Shown piece by piece: positions 39,176 through 48,918 of a stretch of DNA of 64,000 bases (positions are counted from its first letter, which is position 1; every line of letters starts with the position of its first letter). The translations under genes and the position numbers were made by a program. The notes under the pieces were generated by a model. It worked only from the letters and a program-made list of their open reading frames with translations. It did no database searches and had not been told where the DNA came from. This stretch comes from Acidimicrobiia bacterium (GTDB lineage Bacteria; Actinomycetota; Acidimicrobiia; Spongiisociales; ZC4RG35), in assembly GCA_965215185.1 (NCBI GenBank), contig OZ244034.1, positions 800,001-864,000 on the forward strand, in the 5' to 3' direction.

Positions 39176-39999
39176 GCGAAGTCGCCCAGTCGCATCATTC
39201 CCATTCGGACCGTTCCATGCGGGAAGGGGAGATGGCGCTTCTTATCGACGGGAAGGGGCGCCAGTTCATGGTGCTCCTGCACCCAACCCGGCGCTTCGAA
39301 TATCACATGGGAGTGGTGCCCCACACCGACATCATTGGACAAACCGAGGGTGTCTTATTGAGGTCCTCTGGGGGGGCGGCGCTGCGTTTGCTTCGTCCCC
39401 GGCTGGCCGATTTCATTTTAAAGATGAAACGCGGCGCTCAGGTCGTCTATCCCAAGGACATCGGTCCGATCCTGATGTGGGCGGACATCGCTCCGGGGAT
39501 GACGGTGGTTGAGGGGGGAACCGGGTCGGGAGCATTGGCCATGGCGCTGGCCCGGGCGGTGGGGTCAGGCGGCAGGGTGGTCTCGGCCGAAGTGCGACAA
39601 GACCACGCCGCCCATGCCCTCAAGATGATCACCCGTTGGTTCGGAGAGGTGCCCTCCCAGTTGGAGTTGCGAGATGGTACGGTGGAAGACGCCATAGGTG
39701 AGGTCGGTCCCGAGCGGGTGGTTTTGGACGTTCCCGAACCGTGGCACGCGGCGGCAGTGGCTGGCAATGCACAACCGCCGGGAGGGCTTTTCTGCTCCTA
39801 TCTGCCTACCGTACCCCAGGTGCAGAAGCTGGTGGAAGAGATGAGGGCCACCCGCAACTTCTGCGAAACAGATGTCTTCGAGACATTCCACCGAGAGTGG
39901 AATGTCTCTGGCCCCTCAGTGCGCCCTAAGCATCAAATGGTGGGACACACCGGTTTCATCGTGGTGTCGCGAATCAGGCCCACCGTCCATCCCGACTAG
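39172..39999 (+). CDS. trmI: tRNA (adenine58-N1)-methyltransferase
   Basis: MKRGAQVVYPKD, EGGTGSGAL, LDVPEPW, VRPKHQMVGHTGF. Confidence 0.93.
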   Translation: MSEVAQSHHSHSDRSMREGEMALLIDGKGRQFMVLLHPTRRFEYHMGVVPHTDIIGQTEGVLLRSSGGAALRLLRPRLADFILKMKRGAQVVYPKDIGPILMWADIAPGMTVVEGGTGSGALAMALARAVGSGGRVVSAEVRQDHAAHALKMITRWFGEVPSQLELRDGTVEDAIGEVGPERVVLDVPEPWHAAAVAGNAQPPGGLFCSYLPTVPQVQKLVEEMRATRNFCETDVFETFHREWNVSGPSVRPKHQMVGHTGFIVVSRIRPTVHPD

Positions 40000-40459
40000 C
40001 CCCCGGCCCTTTCCCGTCTGAACCCGGCGCGCCCTGGCCTTTTCTTCGGATGCACCGCCCCACCTGGCCGGTCGAATTCTTGGGATTACCCTCCCGACCC
40101 TCCGTAGCCTGGCCGGTGCAATTCTTCGGATGGGCGCAGGGCTATCCGAAACCCGATGATGTGGTCGTCGGCTGAATGCTCTATGCGGGAAGCGGTGTCA
40201 AGGGGCCCCGGTGTTAGAGACTCTCGTGATCGAGGAAGTGCGTACCGCCACGATATTTGTGTCCCCACATTGTGAGAAAGGTTGGTGACATCTGCAAAGC
40301 AGATGCAGGCAGATTCCTTAGGAACTATTCGCGACTTAACCGTGAGAAAGCCGGGAGCCGCCCACATTTGGTGGGTGGCCTGTTTACAGAAAGGAAACTC
40401 AGTCCAACCAACGGTATCGGCTGGCCGGTCCGAGTCGCTTCGATTGCGACTTGCCGGAC

Positions 40460-40708
40460 TCAACTGGGCTCGATGAAGATGCACTCCCCGGGGCACTCCT
40501 CGGCGGACTCGATAGTTATGTCCTCTTGGCCAACCGGGACTATTGCTAGTCCGCCGGCGCCCTGAACGTGACCCTCGGCCTCAGCGTAAATGGTTTCAGC
40601 GTCCCGAACGTAGGCCAAGCCGTCGTCTAAGAGAACGAACACATCCGGGGCGATCTCCTCACACAGGCCGTCGCCGGTGCAGAGATCCTGGTCAATCCAG
40701 ACCTTCAT
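40460..40708 (-). CDS. ferredoxin (single-cluster 3Fe-4S/4Fe-4S type)
   Basis: MKVWIDQDLCTGDGLCEEIAPDVF...AEECPGECI. Confidence 0.92.
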   Translation of the reverse strand: MKVWIDQDLCTGDGLCEEIAPDVFVLLDDGLAYVRDAETIYAEAEGHVQGAGGLAIVPVGQEDITIESAEECPGECIFIEPS

Positions 40709-40827
40709 TCTGTTTTGGTCTCCCGTTGTCGGAGTGGTCGCCCCAATCATAACAAAGCTGGCCTCTGGAATTGCAATCCATTTTCGTATACTGTTCCGCA
40801 CAGGTCAAGAAACAAAGAGCAGGAGAC

Positions 40828-42540
40828 ATGTTCGAAAAGCGTCGACCCGAGTATTCCGATCCTTCCGCCCTCATCGCCCATTTGGAGGGCGAGTTGGCCC
40901 GGCTGCACTCGGAAACACCGCGGCGAATGGACGCCCTTCAGCACCAAATGGAACAGACACGCCGTCAACTTGATCGGGTGCGCGACCAAAATGAAAAACT
41001 CGGCGGACTGCTCACCGAGGCGCGGGAACAACTGGCGATGTTGCGCACCGAGGTGGAGAGGCTGACCAGCCCACCCAACACCTTCGGAACGGTGCTGAAA
41101 GTAGGCACCGACGGGAAGGTGGATCTGGTTACCGGCACTCGCAAACTCCGAGTAGATGCGCAGCCGTCCATCGAGGTGAAGCTACTTCAACCCGGGCAGC
41201 AGGTTCTTTTGAACGAGGCCTATTCCATCATCGACGTACGCGATTTCGACGGGACGGGCGAGGTCATGGTGGTTAAGAACCGCCTTGGACAGGAGAGACT
41301 GTTGGTGCAGGCCCATGGCGACGAGAGTCGGGTGGTGTGGATCGCTGGCCCGTTGCAGGAGACTCCTCTCCGGATGGGCGACAACGTGCGGGTTGATGTG
41401 AGGGGCAACATGGCATTGGAGAGATTGGCTCGTCCCGAGGTGGAGGAATTGATCTTGGAGGAGGTGCCCGACGTCACCTATCTGCACGTGGGAGGACTGA
41501 AGTCCCAGATAGAGATGATCCGCGATGCGGTGGAACTTCCCTATATTCATCGGGAGCTCTTCTCTTGTTACGACCTCAAGCCTCCGCAGGGAATCCTGCT
41601 CTACGGGCCGCCCGGATGCGGCAAGACCCTGATCGCCAAGGCGGTGGCGAACAGCCTGGCCACCGCGGTAGCTGAGCGGACCGGCCAACCGGACACCCAT
41701 TCCTACTTCCTCAACATCAAAGGTCCGGAGTTGCTCAGCAAGTGGGTGGGGGAGACCGAGCGCCAAATCCGCCTCATCTTCCAACGAGCCAGGGAGAAGG
41801 CTTCCGAGGGAGTGCCGGTGATCGTGTTTTTCGATGAAATGGATTCCCTCTTCAGGACTAGGGGAACCGGCATCTCCTCCGATGTGGAGTCAACTATCGT
41901 TCCCCAGCTGCTCGCCGAACTGGACGGGGTGGAGTCGCTGCGCAATGTGATTGTGATCGGCGCCTCCAACCGCGAGGATTTGATCGATCCCGCCATCCTG
42001 CGGCCTGGCCGCCTTGATGTAAAGATAAAGATTTCGCGTCCCGGGGAGGTGGCCGCCAAGGAGATTTTCCGGATCTATCTCACTCCGAATTTGCCATATG
42101 ATCCCCGGGATCTGGCCAAGGCCGGCGGCGATCCCGCTCGGATGGTGGAAGACCTGATCACCGCGGTGGTGGAGGACATGTACTCGGCCAAGAAAGAGAA
42201 CCGGTTCTTGGAGGTCACCTACGCCAACGGTGATCGCGAGATTCTCTTCTTCAAAGACTTCTCCAGCGGCGCCATGATCGAAAACATCGTTCGTCGTTCC
42301 AAAAAGCGCGCCATCAAGCGCCACCTCAGCGGTGGGGAATCTGGTATCGGAACAGAAGATCTGCTGGCGGCGGTCCGGCGGGAATTCCGGGAACATGAAG
42401 ATCTCCCCAACACCACCAATCCCGACGACTGGGCGAAGATCTCCGGAAAAAAGGGAGAACGAATCGTTTATGTGCGAACCCTCTTGGAAGACGGTGAGGG
42501 CCGCATGGTGGAGACGGTAACAACCGGTCAGTACCTCTGA
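40828..42540 (+). CDS. arc: proteasome ATPase ARC/Mpa
   Basis: N-terminal coiled coil, [25 protein letters not shown]-terminal GQYL. Confidence 0.97.
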   Translation: MFEKRRPEYSDPSALIAHLEGELARLHSETPRRMDALQHQMEQTRRQLDRVRDQNEKLGGLLTEAREQLAMLRTEVERLTSPPNTFGTVLKVGTDGKVDLVTGTRKLRVDAQPSIEVKLLQPGQQVLLNEAYSIIDVRDFDGTGEVMVVKNRLGQERLLVQAHGDESRVVWIAGPLQETPLRMGDNVRVDVRGNMALERLARPEVEELILEEVPDVTYLHVGGLKSQIEMIRDAVELPYIHRELFSCYDLKPPQGILLYGPPGCGKTLIAKAVANSLATAVAERTGQPDTHSYFLNIKGPELLSKWVGETERQIRLIFQRAREKASEGVPVIVFFDEMDSLFRTRGTGISSDVESTIVPQLLAELDGVESLRNVIVIGASNREDLIDPAILRPGRLDVKIKISRPGEVAAKEIFRIYLTPNLPYDPRDLAKAGGDPARMVEDLITAVVEDMYSAKKENRFLEVTYANGDREILFFKDFSSGAMIENIVRRSKKRAIKRHLSGGESGIGTEDLLAAVRREFREHEDLPNTTNPDDWAKISGKKGERIVYVRTLLEDGEGRMVETVTTGQYL

Positions 42541-42562
42541 TAACCCGGATTCCGAGTTCCTA

Positions 42563-44047
42563 ATGGCCATACCCAAGGTACTCGGCACGGAGACCGAGTA
42601 TGGAGTGATCATTCGCAACAGGGATCACCACCATCAGGCCCTCGCCGCGGCGGCGGTGATCGACAATTATCCGGGCGGTCCGGTCCGTGTGCAGTGGTCG
42701 TACGAACACGAGTCGGCGGATAGCGATTCCCGGGGGTTCGGACACGAGAACTTCGGGATGCCCGAGCCTGATTCCGCCCTGATCAATTCGGTGCTCACCA
42801 ACGGCGCCCGCTTTTACGTGGACCATTCCCATCCCGAATACTCGGGCCCTGAATGTCTGGATCCCAAACAGGCCGCGCTCTATGACAAGGCGGGGGAATT
42901 GATTATGGCCAGAGCCGGCCGGGAGGTGCAGAAGAAGCTGCCTCCCAACCAGCAAATCCGGCTTTACAAGAACAACAGCGACGGCAAAAGCAACAGCTAC
43001 GGAGCACACGAGAACTACCTGCTTTCCCGTGGGACACCCTTTGGGAAGGTGATACGGTATCTGCCCACCTTTTTGGTGAGCCGCCAGATATTCACCGGCT
43101 CGGGCAAAGTTGGCGTTGAGAATCACCGCCCATTCTGTTCCTACCAGATAACCCAGCGCGCCGATTTCTTCGAAGAGGTGGTGGGTTTGGAGACCACTCT
43201 GCGCAGACCGATCGTGAATACCCGGGACGAGCCACATGGAGATCCCACTCGTTATCGCCGGTTGCATGTGATCATCGGCGACGCCAATCTCTCCGAGGTG
43301 CAGATGTTCTTGAAGCTGGGGGTCACCGCCTTGTTTCTGCATGCCTTTGAAGACGATGCCCTGCCTTCGGCCTTGGAACTGGCGGAGCCGGTCAAGGCAT
43401 GTTGGCGGATCAGTCACGATCTCACCCTCCGAGAACCAGTGAAACTGCTGGAAGGCAGCACCGCCACCGCCTTGGAGTTGCAGTTCAGCTATCTGGAATG
43501 GCTATCGGAGTACGCCCAGAACCGGATGGAGGAGCCGGTGTGGGAGGAGTTGCTAGACGAATGGGAAAGGGTGCTGGTGGATTTGGAGCGGGACCCGTTT
43601 CTCACCTCCGATCGGTTGGACTGGACCGCCAAATTGAAGTTGTTGGAGAATTACCGCCACCGGCAGAATCTGAGTTGGTCACATCCCCGGTTGGCGGCAG
43701 TGGCGCTTCAGTATCACGATATTGAACCGTCCCGGAGTATCTATCACCGGCTGGTAGCGGGGGGAGCGATGCGACGGCTGTTCACCGATGCGGAAGTGGA
43801 GAGAGCCGAACGGTACCCTCCTGAGGACACTCGGGCTTGGTTTAGAGGCACATGCGTTTCCCGGTTCGGCCCCTCCTTGGTGGCGGCTAACTGGGATTCG
43901 CTGTTATTCGAAACGAGCCCAGGTGATCTTGTAAAGGTGTCTATGATGGAACCTTTGAAAGGTAGCCGAGTCAGTGCCGGTCCGTTGCTGGACCGTATAT
44001 CCGATGCGGCCGAACTGATCCGCGAGTTGGGTAAGAAGAATGGCTGA
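42563..44047 (+). CDS. dop: depupylase/deamidase Dop
   Basis: [44 protein letters not shown]. Confidence 0.93.
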   Translation: MAIPKVLGTETEYGVIIRNRDHHHQALAAAAVIDNYPGGPVRVQWSYEHESADSDSRGFGHENFGMPEPDSALINSVLTNGARFYVDHSHPEYSGPECLDPKQAALYDKAGELIMARAGREVQKKLPPNQQIRLYKNNSDGKSNSYGAHENYLLSRGTPFGKVIRYLPTFLVSRQIFTGSGKVGVENHRPFCSYQITQRADFFEEVVGLETTLRRPIVNTRDEPHGDPTRYRRLHVIIGDANLSEVQMFLKLGVTALFLHAFEDDALPSALELAEPVKACWRISHDLTLREPVKLLEGSTATALELQFSYLEWLSEYAQNRMEEPVWEELLDEWERVLVDLERDPFLTSDRLDWTAKLKLLENYRHRQNLSWSHPRLAAVALQYHDIEPSRSIYHRLVAGGAMRRLFTDAEVERAERYPPEDTRAWFRGTCVSRFGPSLVAANWDSLLFETSPGDLVKVSMMEPLKGSRVSAGPLLDRISDAAELIRELGKKNG

Positions 44048-44237
44048 TCAAGAGAAGGGCAGGCGCCGCGGCCGGTCCACGGGCGGGCCTCCCGCTGAAG
44101 GAAGTGATCTATCCGGGTTGGGGATGGCGCAGGCCGACTCCCAAAAGATTGACGACCTCTTGGATGAGATCGACAGCGTGCTGGAAGAAAACGCCGAGGA
44201 GTTTGTAAGAAACTACATACAGAAGGGTGGGGAGTGA
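44040..44237 (+). CDS. pup: prokaryotic ubiquitin-like protein Pup (Glu-ending)
   Basis: [29 protein letters not shown]. Confidence 0.97.
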   Translation: MADQEKGRRRGRSTGGPPAEGSDLSGLGMAQADSQKIDDLLDEIDSVLEENAEEFVRNYIQKGGE

Positions 44238-45031
44238 AGGAGTCGCCAGAGTGGGGACTGCCACTTGGAGCGCCTATTCCCGGATCAAGCTTCTCCGACC
44301 TTCTGGATTCGTTGGGTTTGGCGCCCAGTTGGAAGGTGCCCGTCTCGACCACCCGCACCCTCCATGCTCCCGAAGGCACCACGGTGTTGGCTTCCCGCTA
44401 CCGGCACGGGGTAGTAATCGGCGGTGATCGCCAAGCCACGCAAGGACATCAGATCGCCCATCGCAGGATCCGCAAGGTTTACCCGTCCGATCGGATGTCG
44501 GCGGTGGCGGTGGCTGGAACAGCGGGCCTTGCACTGGAGATGGTGCGGTTGTTCAGCGTCGAACTGGAACACTATGAGAAGATCGAGGGAGCGATGCTCA
44601 GCCTGGAAGGCAAAGCCAATTTCCTATCGAGGCTGGTGCGGGCCCAGTTGCCGCTGGCTTTTCAGGGCTTGGCGGTGGTACCGCTGTTTGCGGGGTACGA
44701 CCAGAAAACCAATAAAGGCAGGGTCTACACCTTCGATGTAGTGGGGGGACGTTACGAAGAGCAGGACTACGGAGCGGCGGGGTCGGGAGCCGTTCAGGCG
44801 AGGGCTTATCTTCGCACGGCGTGGAAGGCCGATATGAGCGAGGAGTGCGTCATACAAAAGGTGATGGGAGCCTTGGTGGCCGCCGCCGACGTAGACGTGG
44901 CCACGGGCGGGCCCGATCTGCGACGGGGCATTCTTCCCAACCTGGTGGTGATCGACGGAGACGGGGCGAGGGAAGTCCTAGATGAACACTTGACGGAGGT
45001 GGCCCGTTTGGCACTGAGGGAAGGCCAATGA
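44234..45031 (+). CDS. prcB: 20S proteasome beta subunit
   Basis: Propeptide then [23 protein letters not shown]. Confidence 0.96.
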   Translation: MKESPEWGLPLGAPIPGSSFSDLLDSLGLAPSWKVPVSTTRTLHAPEGTTVLASRYRHGVVIGGDRQATQGHQIAHRRIRKVYPSDRMSAVAVAGTAGLALEMVRLFSVELEHYEKIEGAMLSLEGKANFLSRLVRAQLPLAFQGLAVVPLFAGYDQKTNKGRVYTFDVVGGRYEEQDYGAAGSGAVQARAYLRTAWKADMSEECVIQKVMGALVAAADVDVATGGPDLRRGILPNLVVIDGDGAREVLDEHLTEVARLALREGQ

Positions 45032-45732
45032 ATCCCGGTTTCTATGTCACACCTGAACAATTGGTGCGTGATCGGGCTGAATTTGCTCGCAAGGGGATTG
45101 CCCGGGGACGTTCCATTCTGGCCATGGAGTACCAAGATGGCATCCTGATGTTGGCGGAGAACCCCGGAGGAGCCCTTCACAAAATCAGCGAGGTTTACGA
45201 TCGTATTGCCTTTGCCGGAGTGGGTCGCTACAACGAATTCGAAACGCTCCGCAAGGCCGGTATCCGCCAAGCCGATTTGATGGGGTATCTCTACAGCCGC
45301 GACGATGTCACGGCCTTGGGGCTGGCGACGGCCTTCTCGCAGACTTTGGGGGTGATCTTCTCACACGAGACCAAACCCTTCGAGGTGGAACTGCTGATAT
45401 GCGAATTGGGAACAAACGGACAATCCAACCAACTGTTGCAGATCAGCTACGACGGAACTTTGTTGGAGGGAAGACGGGCACTGGCGATCGGCGGCAAGGC
45501 CGATGTCCTGGGTGGGGCGCTGCGAGAACGTTTTGAAGAGGGATTGGATCTGAATGCTGCGCTCCAGATGGGAATGGAGGTGTTCGCCAAGACTGAACGG
45601 CGGCCTTTGGACGGATGGGAAGCGGCAGTATTGGAGCGGGGATCGGCCAGACGGTGTTTCCGTCGACTGGCCGATCCCGAGTTGGAAAGGGCATCCTGTC
45701 AAGCCCTTTCCAACTTAGAAGTCAGCGAGTGA
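45028..45732 (+). CDS. prcA: 20S proteasome alpha subunit
   Basis: FYVTPEQLVRDRAEFARKGIARGRS, KISEVYDRIAF, KPFEVE. Confidence 0.96.
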   Translation: MNPGFYVTPEQLVRDRAEFARKGIARGRSILAMEYQDGILMLAENPGGALHKISEVYDRIAFAGVGRYNEFETLRKAGIRQADLMGYLYSRDDVTALGLATAFSQTLGVIFSHETKPFEVELLICELGTNGQSNQLLQISYDGTLLEGRRALAIGGKADVLGGALRERFEEGLDLNAALQMGMEVFAKTERRPLDGWEAAVLERGSARRCFRRLADPELERASCQALSNLEVSE

Positions 45733-46726
45733 GCGCCTCGGCAATCAGCCGAGCATTGGCCACAATCCACTTCGCATAGGTGTCGGCATCGGAGCCCGCT
45801 GGCCCTAAGGATCCGGTGCGAAGTTCAACCACTTCCAGAGGCGGATCGAATTCCGCAGCTATGGTTCGGGCAAACCCGGAGCCGGTGGTTGTCTCGGTGA
45901 AGATAGCCGGGGCACCTTCCGCGCGCAATATCTCCACCAATTGGGCGAGGTGGTCAGTGCCGGGCTGGGCAAGAGTGCTTCCACCCGAGAGGATGGTGTC
46001 GAGTATTTCGAATCCGAAATACACTCCGAAATAAGAGAAGGAATCATGGTTGGTCACAAGCTTGCGCTGTGATGAGGGAACCACCGCCAGAATCTCTTCG
46101 GCTTCGGCTGCGGCACCACGAATTACCTCGACATAACGCTCGCCTCGTGACGTCCACTCCTCGGCGGTAAGCCCGCCTCCGACTTCGGCCAATTCCGCCG
46201 CGATCAACCGAACCGCCTGTTCCACCCGGGAAGGATCAAACCAGAAATGGGGATCGAAACCTCCTCCGTGCTCGTCCTCATCCTCATCTTCCTCTCCCTC
46301 CTCCTCGTCGTGAGCACCCATGCCTTCCCCCCATTCCAGGGGATCTACAAACTCGCCCACTTCGAGAATTCGCGCTCCATCCTGACGGGCCGATTCGAAC
46401 ACCGCTATCAGGCTCTCTTCCAGAGACAAACCGTTGGCTACCACCAGATCCGCAGTCCGGATCTTTACCCCGTCCTGAGAGGAAGCTTGAAAGTCGTGCG
46501 GATCCGCCCCGATCGGCAGCAAGACCTCCACGATTGCGTTGTCTCCCGCCACCCCTCGCACCAAGTCACCCAGGATGGTGGTGGTCGCCAGCACCATTAA
46601 CTCCGCCGACCCTGATTGACTCCCGGAAGCAGGGGCGGGTTCCTCGGTCCCGCCACCGCAGGCCGCCATCACCAACGTGGCCGCCAAAAGACCTGTCCAG
46701 ACTCTGAGTTTCGCTGACCTTCGCAT
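45722..46726 (-). CDS. Zn/Mn ABC transporter substrate-binding lipoprotein (cluster A-I)
   Basis: Lipobox MAAC, DPHDF, acidic/His loop, DPHFW, TNHDSF. Confidence 0.92.
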   Translation of the reverse strand: MRRSAKLRVWTGLLAATLVMAACGGGTEEPAPASGSQSGSAELMVLATTTILGDLVRGVAGDNAIVEVLLPIGADPHDFQASSQDGVKIRTADLVVANGLSLEESLIAVFESARQDGARILEVGEFVDPLEWGEGMGAHDEEEGEEDEDEDEHGGGFDPHFWFDPSRVEQAVRLIAAELAEVGGGLTAEEWTSRGERYVEVIRGAAAEAEEILAVVPSSQRKLVTNHDSFSYFGVYFGFEILDTILSGGSTLAQPGTDHLAQLVEILRAEGAPAIFTETTTGSGFARTIAAEFDPPLEVVELRTGSLGPAGSDADTYAKWIVANARLIAEALTR

Positions 46727-46747
46727 TTGTCGACTCCTTCTTGAGGT

Positions 46748-46766
46748 GATACTGATTATCATTATC
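46748..46766. promoter_or_regulatory. Fur-family (Fur/Zur) box
   Basis: GATACTGATTATCATTATC, 17/19 match to GATAATGATAATCATTATC, about 20 bp upstream of the metal-binding protein start. Confidence 0.78.
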
Positions 46767-46877
46767 ATAACAAGGAGTTGCCGTCGGTTAAAGCCAGCGT
46801 CGAGCCGGGGCCGACTCGGCCAATTTCCCCAACCAGCGATTGGCTGACCCGATACCCTCCGATCTGACCATCCCGTT

Positions 46878-47132
46878 TTAGGACGCGGGTTTGGCCAGGC
46901 GTCTCAGAGGCGGGTCGTAGCGGGGAGGGACCTTGCGAGGCGGCAAATCCGAAAGCAAGTGGCCAGTGGCCAGGCTGATCTGCGACACTGCCCGCTCGAA
47001 TGCCTCTTCGGTGGCCGGCGAGGTCTTCTGCACCCCACTCACTTTCCGAACGTATTGACGGGCGGCGGCTTCGATCTCCTCGGCGGTGGCCGCCGGCTCG
47101 AGCCCCCGCAAGGTGGTGATGTTTCGACACAT
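46878..47132 (-). CDS. DUF2277 family protein
   Basis: MCRNITTLRGLEPAATAEEIEAAARQYVRKVSG. Confidence 0.9.
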   Translation of the reverse strand: MCRNITTLRGLEPAATAEEIEAAARQYVRKVSGVQKTSPATEEAFERAVSQISLATGHLLSDLPPRKVPPRYDPPLRRLAKPAS

Positions 47133-47219
47133 CACCGAGATTGTATAGCGGCGGACCAGGAGTTCAGAACACGCCCGATTCACACCAAATCGGGCTTCTG
47201 ATAGCCGGGTTCCTTTGCT

Positions 47220-48239
47220 TCAAGTGGGAGGAAAGGGAAGCTGGAGCCATGCCGGTCGCCCGGAGGTCTCTATCTGCACCACCCATTTGACCCACCAGAA
47301 TCCCCGGCGGCCCGGAGCAACGACTCGAGCGGGAAACCCGTGGCCGGAACTGAGCGGCTGTCCTCCCAAGCGCGTGGCCAACCACAACCCGGAAAGATCG
47401 GCGACCGGGAACCGGCGTTGATATCCGGTGGCGGATCTCACCACCACGCTTCGGGCCTCGCCAGGTTGGATCAACTGGTCCATTCGGACTCCCTCCCATT
47501 GCTGTTCCGAATACCAGCCGCCGGTGCAGTCCAAGATGGCGGTGATGGTCTCTCCGGGGAATCGAGCCAGATCTTCCATCGTCATTTCCCGGCCATCCAC
47601 ATCGAGTCTCCAGGAGAGATTGTCAATATTTGGAATACGGTCGTTGAACCAGGAGGTGACGGGCATAAGGGCGGGGTTGGCGGAGCCGCGTTCATGAGAG
47701 CCGGTGAAGCGACGGCGACCGCCGGGCCAGCCAGCCGCCCGTAACTGGGCCTCCCAGCCTGCCCATACCAACGCCGCCAGGCTCACCAGGCCTACCGAAC
47801 GCAATAAGGCCCTCCGATCCACGTCGATGCTCCGCAAGTGCACTGGATGGGAGCGGTAGTGCAGCCAAACCATCACCACCGCCGCCACACCTGCACCCAC
47901 ATGCACCTGCATCACCGTGAGCGGGCCGATCCGGTCCGTCCATCCCGTGGCGTGTAGTAGCCCTGATCCCAGTGTGATCGCCACCAAACCGCCCAAAGCT
48001 ACCGAGATCCACCGGGCAGATCGCCGGCGAGCCATGCCACGTTTGACGATCGCCGATTTCCAAGGGGTGAGGAGGGCCACCGACAAAGCCACCACCGCGT
48101 GAATCACAACAGGATCAACCAGAAGGTCCATACCCACTGCGAAGGAGAGTCCCCCGGTGAGCGCCGCCAAAGGCAGGAGAACAGCCAGGGCCAGATTGGT
48201 CCGGCGTCCCGAGGAGGAGCGAGCACTCGCCTTCTTCAC
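47220..48239 (-). CDS. membrane-bound molybdopterin-dependent oxidoreductase (sulfite oxidase family)
   Basis: N-terminal TM helices, LDCTGGWYS, LSSGHGFPARVVAPGRRGFWWVKWV; start uncertain. Confidence 0.85.
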   Translation of the reverse strand: MKKASARSSSGRRTNLALAVLLPLAALTGGLSFAVGMDLLVDPVVIHAVVALSVALLTPWKSAIVKRGMARRRSARWISVALGGLVAITLGSGLLHATGWTDRIGPLTVMQVHVGAGVAAVVMVWLHYRSHPVHLRSIDVDRRALLRSVGLVSLAALVWAGWEAQLRAAGWPGGRRRFTGSHERGSANPALMPVTSWFNDRIPNIDNLSWRLDVDGREMTMEDLARFPGETITAILDCTGGWYSEQQWEGVRMDQLIQPGEARSVVVRSATGYQRRFPVADLSGLWLATRLGGQPLSSGHGFPARVVAPGRRGFWWVKWVVQIETSGRPAWLQLPFPPT

Positions 48240-48249
48240 GTCCGCGGCT

Positions 48250-48918
48250 CTAAGTGGGGCAGTTCCAGGTTTGCCACCCCTCTCCTTCATAGACCAGGTA
48301 GGCGGCCACTGCCGTGTTTGCAACGGGATCGAAGGGGTCATATCCGCGGAAACCCGCCAGTTGGGCATGATCCGGCCAGAAGGCAGGATCATGCTGAAAG
48401 AGTCCCATACTGCCTCTGAGGGGATCAATGGACTGCGGATCGAAATGGGACAGACACCAGGCAAGACGAAGCGCCCGCAGGACGTCACTTTCGAGGAAAT
48501 ACCGGGAGGTGATGGTCATCACCTCCGCCGAGGTGAGGGTTTTGCGTCTCAAGAAAGGCGCATCGGATGGGCCGCTCTCCAAGATGGCGCCGAATGATCC
48601 TACGTTCTCCAGATCCTCGGGCAAAAGGTCGGACACTTCGGTCGAGACCTCGTCGGACAGCGGTGCTTGGCGGGTGAGGGCGGAAACCAGCAACTGGGCG
48701 GCAGCCCCGCCGGCATTTCGACCGTGGAGGATGAAAGCAGTGCGCTCTCCCGGGCCCAACTGCTGAGGCTCGGGTTGGGAGAGCAGGTTGAAGAGCCCGA
48801 GTACGGTCACCACCAGAACAAAGAAGGAAATGCTAAACCAGATCACCCGGCGCCTGCGCAGTTGCTGAAGCCAATCCCGCTCGGGCTGGTTATAGGCGCG
48901 GGTTGGGGTGGACCTCAT
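48250..48918 (-). CDS. membrane-anchored lytic transglycosylase (SLT)-like protein, apparently lacking the catalytic Glu
   Basis: TM helix; AWCLS...GLFQH...FDPVANTAVAAYL...GWQTW. Confidence 0.7.
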   Translation of the reverse strand: MRSTPTRAYNQPERDWLQQLRRRRVIWFSISFFVLVVTVLGLFNLLSQPEPQQLGPGERTAFILHGRNAGGAAAQLLVSALTRQAPLSDEVSTEVSDLLPEDLENVGSFGAILESGPSDAPFLRRKTLTSAEVMTITSRYFLESDVLRALRLAWCLSHFDPQSIDPLRGSMGLFQHDPAFWPDHAQLAGFRGYDPFDPVANTAVAAYLVYEGEGWQTWNCPT

